From the NCBI RefSeq assembly GCF_009914755.1, contig NC_060945.1: a DNA stretch of 64,000 bases; one strand, given 5' to 3'. This document shows, piece by piece, positions 55,040-64,000 of this stretch. A program made the position numbers and the translations under genes. Under the pieces are notes generated by a model that saw nothing but the letters and a program-made list of their open reading frames with translations, ran no database searches and was not told the origin of the DNA. Each line of letters begins with the position of its first letter. The first letter of the stretch is position 1. This DNA is from the human T2T-CHM13v2.0 reference genome, Homo sapiens.

Positions 55040-55830
55040 CTATTTTTAAATATTTTAAAATAATAATATCCGACTTACAATAAAAGTTGCTAAAATAATA
55101 CAAATGATTCTCACACAGCTTTCCCAAATTTCACACAAATTGACATTTCACACAGTTGTTTTATTCTCTCTCTCTTTTTCTCTCAATGTATATTTTTCTT
55201 TTCTAATATAAATGAAGAGAAGTCACAGACATGGGGCCCTGTTAGCTCTAAATACCTCATTGTATGTTTCTTAAAACAAGGATAATCTCTTATATAGATA
55301 AATATGATTATCAAAATCAGAAAATGTCACACCAATCCATTTTTCTGTTTATAATTCAATATAGCATCAAACGTTGCATTTAATGGTCATGTCTCTGAAA
55401 TACTGTGCAGGTCTTTAGTCTTGCTTTTTCCTTCATGACCTAAACACTTATGAAGAATACAAGCTAGTTACTTTGCAGAATATTTGTTAGTTTGGGTCTG
55501 TTTGATGTTTCTTCACAGTTAAATTCAGGTTATATATTTTTGGCAATAATATCAGAGAAATGATGTGTATGTTTCTCAGTATCTCCTAGCAAGAGGCACA
55601 AACTGTGAATTTGGCCCATTTCTAGTGATGTAAACTTTCATTACTTGGTTGAAGTGGTGTCTGCCAGGTTTCTTCTTGTAAAGTTAATGATTTTACCTTT
55701 GTAGTTAATAATGTAGAGATGTTTAAAAATGAGAGAAGTATTCTAATTTTCCTTAAATTTTTGCTCACTCTTTTATTATTTATTGGTCATTTTTAATAAG
55801 AACAGCATTACTGTGGTGACTCCCAAATTG
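55040..55830 (-). mobile_element. L1MC/L1ME 3' UTR fragment
   Basis: cttaaaacaaggataatctcttata; acgttgcatttaatggtcatgtctct; cttggttgaagtggtgtctgccaggtttct. Confidence 0.7.
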
Positions 55831-57060
55831 TATGCCATTATTGTTTAAAGGATAAAATAGTCACATATGTTTTATTCACAGTATAACCAAACAAAATACC
55901 ATACAAACAAAAGGTAGGTTAAGCTGATTTATTCATTATACTCTATTGCTATTTCACACATTTTAATTGGTTTTATGATTTACGTTCATGGACCAGTTTA
56001 CGTCTTTCAAGTAGGTTTAGAAAATTTTTCATTCAAAAAATAAGTGGATCTAAAAAGAACAAGTAAAAGCATTTGACAATTTAATTCTGACCTAGGATTT
56101 TATCTTTTCCTTTCAAGCTTTAATAATAGTTTTGGGTAGTGCAGTGTTATAATAGAGTCTGTGTCGTTTGGTATCATTGCCATAATTAATTTTTACTTAG
56201 AACAAGCAAAACAGTCATCACATTGTAGATGGTACTCATAGCATATCCGAACAGAAGGAAGGCAGTGATTGACAAAATGTTTATGTGACAGTTACAATCA
56301 CCATATAAATACACATCTGATGAACTTGAAAATTAACTTGCTGTGTGGAACTGAAGTGCATATTTTTAGAATATAGCTTCCCCTGCTCATTTCAGCTAAA
56401 AGGAGAGTAAACACATAAAGCTAACAAACTAAAACAAACTTATTTTCTTTTTAAAGTCACTTTTAACAACTGATGGCTGGGAGAGGTAAAGACCAGAACT
56501 TCTAAATTCCAATGACATGCAATAAGTGAAATATCTTTTTTTTTTTTAAGAAACAAAGGTTACCATTTGGCTTTATAGTATTATTTAATGATAGCATTTA
56601 AAAATATATTTTTATCTTCTTAAACTTCAGAACCAGATATATGGATACAGTGTTTGCCTGATGTTTGCAGCAGTGCTGGATTCCCTACCCTTCTTCCCTG
56701 CTCTTCCCTTGTGTTTCCCAGAAACTGATTTCACTTAATCCCTCATGATTCCAAGAATACTTTCTATCCAAATTTCTTCCACCCTAGTTCAGTTTCTCCA
56801 CCTCTAATCCAATGAATGTCCTTTTTCTGATTCACAGAAAAAAAAAAAAAAAAGCAAGGCCAGGAACCAAAGGCAAGAAAAAGCAAAAACACCCTGCACT
56901 AGAGGGAAGGTACCAGGGATACTGCCAAATCTTACAGATGAATTCCACCAACATCTATAGAGTTCCAAAGGATTGAAGTATTGAGTAGAGTTTGCTGTAC
57001 ATTTCAGTGTCAATAAAGAATAAAAAATAGCTCTTGTCATGCTATTATCCCCGAAGTGAG

Positions 57061-59381
57061 TGATAGAGTTTGGCTGTGTCCCCACCCAAATTTCATCTTG
57101 AATTGTAACTTCCATCATCCCCACATGTCATGGGAGGGACCCAGTGGGAAGTAATTGAATCATAGGGGCGGGTTTTTTCAATACTGTTCTTATGATAGTG
57201 AATACATCTCATGAGATCTGATCATTTTATAAAGGGCAGTTCTCCTGTACATGTTCTCTTTCCTGCCACCATGTGGGACATGCCTTTGTTCTTCCTTCAC
57301 TTTCCGTGCTGATTGTGTGACCTCCCCAGCTATGTGGAACTATGAGTCCACTAAACCTCTTTTTCATTATAAATTACCCAGTCTCGGGTATGTCTTTGTT
57401 AGCAGTTTGAGAACAGACTAATACTATAAATTGGTATGGGTAGAGTGGGATGCTACTATAAGAATCTCCAAAAACGTGGGAGTGACTTTAGAACTGGGTA
57501 ACAGGCAGATGTTGGAACAGTTTGGAGGGCTAAGAAGATAGTATAATGTGGGAAAGTTTGGAACTTCCTAGAGACTTGGAGTGCTCAGAAGACAGGCAGA
57601 TGTGGGAGAGTTTGGAACTTCCTAGAGACTTGTTGAATGGCTTTGTCCAAAATGCTGATAGTGATGTGAACAATAAAGTCCAAAATGATGTGATCTCAGA
57701 TGGAGATGAGGAACTTGTTGGGAACTGGAGCAAAAGTGACTCCTCTTATGGTTTAACAAACAGACTGGAGGCATTTTGCTCCTGCCCTAGAGATCTGTAG
57801 ATCTGTGAATTTGAGAGAGATGAATTAAGGTATTTGGCAGAATAAATTTCTAAGTGACAAAGCATTCAAGGGGAAGCAGAGCATAAAAGTTTGGAAAATT
57901 TTTAGCATAACAATCCAATAGAAAAGAAAACCCCATTTTCTGGGGAGAGATTCAAGCCTGCAGCAGAAATTTGCATAAGTAACAAGGAACCAAATGTTAA
58001 TCACCATGACAATGAGAAAAATGTCTCCAGGGCATGTCAGAGACCTTCATGGCAGCTCCTCCCAACATAGGTCTGAGGGCTAGGAGAGAATAATGGATTC
58101 CTGGGCCAGGTCCAGGGCCCCCCTAAGGACTTGGTATCCTGTGTCCCAGCCACTCCAGCTGTAGCTAAAAGGGGCCAAAGTACAGCTTGGCTGTGGCTTC
58201 AGGGAATGCAAGCTCCAAGCTTTGTCAGCTCCTACATCGTGTTGAGTCTGCAGGCACACAAAAGTCAAGAATTGAGATTTGGAAACCTCCACTTAGATTT
58301 CAGAGGATGTATGGAGATACCTGGATGTCCAGGCAGAAGTTTGCTACAGGGGTGGGGCCCTCATTGAGGACCTCTGCTAGGGCAGTGTGGAAGAGGAATG
58401 TGGGGGGGTTGGAGGCCCCCCACACAGTCTCCCCTGTGACACTGCCTACTGGAGCTGTGAGAAGAGGGCCACCATCCTCTAGACCCCAGAATGGTAGCTC
58501 CACCAACAGCTTGCACCGTGAACCTGGAGAAGCTGCAGACATTCAACGCCAGCCTGTGAAAGTGGCAGGAGGGTGACTGTACCCTGCAAAGCCACAGGGG
58601 TGGAGCTTCCCAAGGCTGTGGGAGCCTACCTCTTGCATCAGCATGACCTGGATGTGAGACATGAAGTAAAAATAGGTTATTTTGGATCTTTAAAATTTAA
58701 TGACTGTCCTATTGGATTTTGGACTTGCATGGGGGCCTGTAGCCCCTTTGTTTTGGCCAATTTCTCCCATTTGGAATGGGTATATTTACTCAATGCCTCT
58801 ACTCCCTTTGTGTCTAGGAAGGAAATAACTTACTTTTGATTTTACAGTCTTATAGATGGAAGAGACTTGCCTTGTCTCAGATGAGACTTTGGGCTTGAAC
58901 ATTTGAGTTAATGCTGAAATGGGTTCAGAATTTTGAGGACTGTTGGGGAGGCATGATTATGTTTTGAAATGTGAAGACATGAGATTTGGGAGGGGCCGGG
59001 GGCAGTATGATATGGTTTGGCTGTGTCCCCCCCCCAAATATCATCTTGAATTATAGCTCTCATAATCCCTACATGACATGGGAGGGACCTGGTGGAAGGT
59101 AATTGAATAATGGGGGTGGGCTTTTTCTGTCCTGTTCTCATGGTAGTGAATAATTCTTATGAGATCCAATGATTTTAAAAAAGGCAGTTCCCCTGCACAT
59201 GCTCTCTTGCCTGCTACCATGTAAGACTCCCTTTGCTTCTCCTTCACACTTGCCATGTGTGGGGCAGATTGTGAGGCCTCCCCATCCACATGGAACCGTG
59301 AGGTCATTAACCCTCTCTTTCCTTTATAAATTACCCAGTCTTGGGAATTTCTTCATAGCAGTATGAAAATGGACTAATACA
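57061..59381 (+). mobile_element. Full-length THE1D MaLR (LTR-int-LTR)
   Basis: LTRs 57061-57425 and 59008-59381; TSD gtgag/atgag; ~1.6-kb internal region. Confidence 0.93.
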
Positions 59382-59619
59382 ATGAGTTTCAATATTTTTT
59401 TACTGGACCATAGATAATGAGAAATACATATTTTCTACAACAATAGCACATAAATATTTTTAGTCAGTTAAATTTTTACAAATAAAATGTATAGATTTAA
59501 TAAGTTAAATATTAGATTTAATAAGTTAAATCTATAAAAAATGTTGATTTTACAATCTTTATGTTTATTTCAAAATATTCATTAGTTCATTGAATTAAAC
59601 ATGAGAAGTTGTGAGACAG

Positions 59620-59790
59620 TTGGAGGAAGCGTAGAAGTAGAATGTGCTTTAAAGTCAGGAAGATTTGAATTCAAAGCTTAGTTCTGCAATTTACTACTCT
59701 GGGGCCTTAACGGGACTTCATGTTCACTCCAGCCTTAGCTTTCACTTATCTTACAGGCAGATCGTGGATTTTAACAAAGTGAATACATGT
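59620..59790. mobile_element. MIR fragment
   Basis: gctttaaagtcaggaagatttgaattcaaa...ttctgcaatttactact. Confidence 0.6.
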
Positions 59791-59878
59791 AACAGATAAT
59801 AATCCAAGTTTTTTCTTTTCCCTTTACTTTTAGACTACTTTACACTTTGATAAGAAAGACTCTAAAGAAGGTGGCTGG

Positions 59879-60219
59879 TGCTATGAACTGAATGCTTGTG
59901 GCCCCCCAGTATCTGTATGTTGAAACCCTATCAAGGTGTTTGGAAATGTGGCTTTCGAGGTAGTTGGATTCAAATGAGGTCATGAGTCTCTGATGGAACT
60001 GGTGCCCTTATAAGGGGATGAAGAGAACAGAATGCTCTTTATCTTATGAGGATATAGCAAGAAGAGAGCCCTCTGAAAACCAGGAAGAGGACACTTACCA
60101 CACACCTAATAGACCAGCATCTCAGTCTTGGACTTCCCAGCCCCCAGAACTATAAGAAATAAATGTATGCTGTTAAAACTACCTAGTATTTGTTATAGCA
60201 GCCCAAGCTGACTAAGATA
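59879..60219 (+). mobile_element. MLT1A-type solo LTR
   Basis: tgctatgaactgaatgcttgtg start; ggacttcccagcccccagaac...agaaataaat...gcccaagctgactaagata end. Confidence 0.88.
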
Positions 60220-60410
60220 TTTGGGAATAAACCCTTTCAGTTATCTGAATACAGTTCTTTGATCTAACAGAATTTAGGCTCTACTTTAAGCTCTTTGAGA
60301 AAAAACAATGACTCAATTAAAATAATAGAATAATAAACATTCTCTATTTAGATTAGCAAACTCTTCTTGTTCAAAGTGTGTAAAATAGAGAACAACTTCT
60401 CCAAACATAG

Positions 60411-60717
<307 letters not shown>

Positions 60718-62084
60718 ATCCCTCCAGACATGGTTTTAACCATGAATTTTTAAGATATTCTCTCATAAAAAGAGATCTATCTTTGTCATGCACATAAACA
60801 GAAAACTGAAAAATCAACCCTGTTTCAAAGGGAGAACAGATTTTTAAAAAGAAATAAAGTAAGAGTAAACAGTATTTATTTATTTTAATTAGTTTCAGTG
60901 GCTGTTGATGGACTGCTATTATATCCCATAAGAAAAATTGACTAGAGACTCAATTCGTATGTGAACAATAAATTAACACTATTTTAATATATTTGCTATG
61001 AGATAGAAGGGAACCAATCTCTCAGCCCCTTAAAATTTTACTTTGCATCTTTAACATTGAAAGACAATAGAAAAGAAATCATTGCTTTACAAGGTTAGCA
61101 TCCTGGGTCATTGTATTAAAATCTTAGACAGTAGTGTTCCTGGGGTCACAGGTCATTTAGCGCCTCACATCTCTTAAATACTTTGAAGGGATTATGTACA
61201 CCATTATGTAAGATTTTTTCATCCATTTCGAATAATTCAGTTTTACATCATTTAAGCCCTCCGTTAATTTTGGTGATGTACTTCTAAACTTTTTCCCAAT
61301 GGGTAAATAAACTTAATTCAGAAAGAAATTGTGGTTTGGAGTTCTAGCTTTCAGAATGGTAGCTCCCAAGAGAAAAATTGTTTTGGAAATGGTAAGAAAG
61401 GATCAACCACCTTTAATTCTATCAGGAATTTAATCTTGTAATAAGCCTGAAAATTCCATTTTTGTTAATAGAAAGAGAATCCGCATGAAATATAGAGAGC
61501 AAACCGTTTCCACTGGCAGCAAAAACAACTACACTGAGTCATCACACACTCAGCATATAAAATTGATTTAATTATATTGAGGAGAAGGGGGGTGAAAATG
61601 GACTGAACTAGCACAGTCAGCCAAATGCAAACAAAGCACAAAACTCAAATTGTGTTACTGATGGAGAGGTAACATTCTGTCAACACTGTGCTGTGCTTTT
61701 CATCTTTATGCCATTCTCAGGTGTCCTCGCTAGTAGCAATCCCAACCAGTCTTATTTAAAAATATATGTCCCTTGCTGGGCATCATGCCTCATTTATGAT
61801 ATGGCTTTCTTTGGAAGGATACTTCAATTTTCCTTACAAGGAAAACCAATAAAAGAATTCAATAAGTGACTTGAACATTGTATTGGCTCACCCCTTAATG
61901 GTCTTAGAAATCCATTTTTCTATATCAATCTGTAGCATCCTCCACCTCTGAGTCCAGTGTTACTTCACCAGATGCAAATAGAGATCAACACTCACTGGTT
62001 TTCCTTAGGGTCCAGGTTGTTCTCTGGATTATCGCTAAAGAAATCTATTACACTGAGAGTGAATCAGGTATGTTTCTCACAGAA

Positions 62085-62290
62085 AGGCAGCATGGCACTG
62101 AGAGGTAAGTCTGGACTGGAATCAGGAGACCTGGAACTTCCTGCCAGTCCTGCTACCATGGTGAATAATTCACTTCTGTTTGCAAAGCTTTCTGAGTGAC
62201 CTTTCCATACTTACAAATTTCTCATCTGCAAAATAAAAGGGTCCTTGGGAAAATTGACAGAGTTCTCACAGTGCTACAATTCTATGAATT
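62085..62290. mobile_element. MIR/MIR3
   Basis: ctggactggaatcaggagacctgg...tttctcatctgcaaaataaaaggg. Confidence 0.75.
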
Positions 62291-64000
62291 TAACCTGGTT
62301 TATTTGATTTATAAATAAGTAAAATCAGTTTAAAGCCATTAGAAATGACATTCCTAAATGCGATTCATTAAGCATCCACAAATTATCTAAAGCAATGGTT
62401 AGTATAACAAAAAAAGCCTGTATTTTAAATTATAGTGTTTTTTAGGTTATTATTATAAAAAATAATTGTATAGACCAAAAACATACAGCCAGGTTCAAAA
62501 TATTACACTGAAAACCCTTTAGTAATATTTTTCAAAAATATTATACTAGGAGTTTATATATTTTCCTAACACCTAAGGAAATGAGTATTAAATAAAACAT
62601 GAAAATTCATCAATATTATTTCTCACTTCGTGGGTTATCTGAATGATATAAACCATGAAGCAATAAGTAATATTGGTTTTGAATTTTTACCTTTCTTGCT
62701 AATGTTCTATATGAATACCAAAATTTTCTTTAATTGTAAGATTATAATAATGTTCAATAGCTAATCCAAACTCATGTGTGTAGTTTTAGTTTCCTCTTAG
62801 ATTTAGGATTATATTTAATGTGATTCTGTTTGTCTGGCAGTGTTTCCATTATTTTGGCAGCTGGCAAGGAGGATTGGTTATACGAAGCTTTTCTATTTTC
62901 CCTGCAATTTCCAACTTGGCTCCAACTTTTAGTAATCGTATTTTTGCTTCCGTTTAAAGGAACTGTATGCAGAATGTCATTTATTAGGTAACCACTTATC
63001 TGTGAAAAAATCCTACTTATTCTATTTTTGACAAAGTGATAAAGATAGCTTTGCAGTGAAATGCTGAGTAACAAGCAAATCAGACTGCAACATAGACTCG
63101 GGAAAAAAAAATCTCTGCTAAAAAAAGTCAAATCCATCTACCCTTTGAGGGTTAAAAAGAAAAGCATTTCTACCAACGATACTAAAGTTAAAAAAACGTA
63201 GAATTTATGATGTTTTCCCTTTAAAACTAGAGAACAAATAATTTATGACTGCTACAGGCCTATATTTTCATTTCAGTGGAATCTTAGTGTCCCCTACTGG
63301 TATTCAAAAAATGTAAAATATTAATAATATTTTCTGGTTTTCTTTTTAGAGAAGTATTTTCTATTATAGCAACATGGAAATCTTCCAAAAGCATTGTTTT
63401 ATTAACCTGACCTTTGTAAAGTTGAGAATGAATGTGAGTTTAGGTTCTACCTTTAGGCAGATTTTTGAAACCTAACTGAAGCTGCCAGTTAAACGCAAAG
63501 CAATATTTTTTAAAGTTAACTGATCTGCAGGGTTTGAATTGAGTTGTTTCTGAACCATAAGGTAAACAAGTGATGTATTTTCTTTCATTCTCTCCTTTTG
63601 TAAGTTTAATTTTTGTCAAAGTAGTATAAAAATGAATTCAAATGTAATTATAGCCTTTTGGTAGCCTCTAGGACTATAGAGTTTTTAAAAACAAAACAGT
63701 CCATTGATTTTTTTCCACCTGTCATTCCTGCTTTCCAGAGGCCACAGAGTTCAAGTCCTCTAGCTATATTCTTAAAAATCTGCCTTTTTATTTCTAAAAA
63801 AATCAAGTTTATGCTTCCATTTCTCTCTTGTTGTTTTCAAATTAGCCACTTCTTTTGACTCCCTACAATGAAAGATAAGAATTAAGCTTTTTACCAAAAA
63901 CACACACACTTACAGGGAGTCACATCCCTCCCCACATATCACACACAACCTTAAAATATCAGTCACAGCTGATCCCTTATTATATAATTATTGCATATAA

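Noticed and set aside
57530-57640. Direct repeats resembling a CRISPR-like repeat-spacer
   Set aside because: Only two copies, inside THE1-int in a eukaryotic genome; an ordinary tandem duplication.
62772-63137. 121-aa minus-strand ORF with hydrophobic N-terminus
   Set aside because: Low-complexity AT-biased composition, no recognisable homology; expected by chance in 64 kb.

Overview
AT-rich, repeat-dense primate (AluY-bearing, most likely human) non-coding DNA. I can support no intact protein-coding gene, RNA gene or CpG island. The main element is a minus-strand, degraded class III endogenous retrovirus of the HERV-S/HERV18 type (~1340-7640) with a 3' LTR18, env, pol, pro and gag. It lacks its 5' LTR and abuts an old L1 (7650-13230) that has an inversion architecture. 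The rest is a mosaic of about 20 Alus, three two-LTR THE1 elements, MLT1/MLT2/MST/MER31/LTR47 LTRs, L1M fragments, DNA-transposon relics (MER30, MER45, MER58A, Tigger1), MIRs and microsatellites. I found no convincing new biological system. The most interesting signals are fossil records of local template switching and other sequence history: a 58-bp copy of the neighbouring L1 ORF2 start inside the ERV gag, a 109-bp fold-back inside a THE1C, and L1 inversions. Two more speculative signals are a possible unannotated pogo-like transposase fossil at ~600-1200 and an Alu with a GC-biased substitution pattern. Repeat subfamily names come from recalled consensus sequences and need RepeatMasker/Dfam confirmation.
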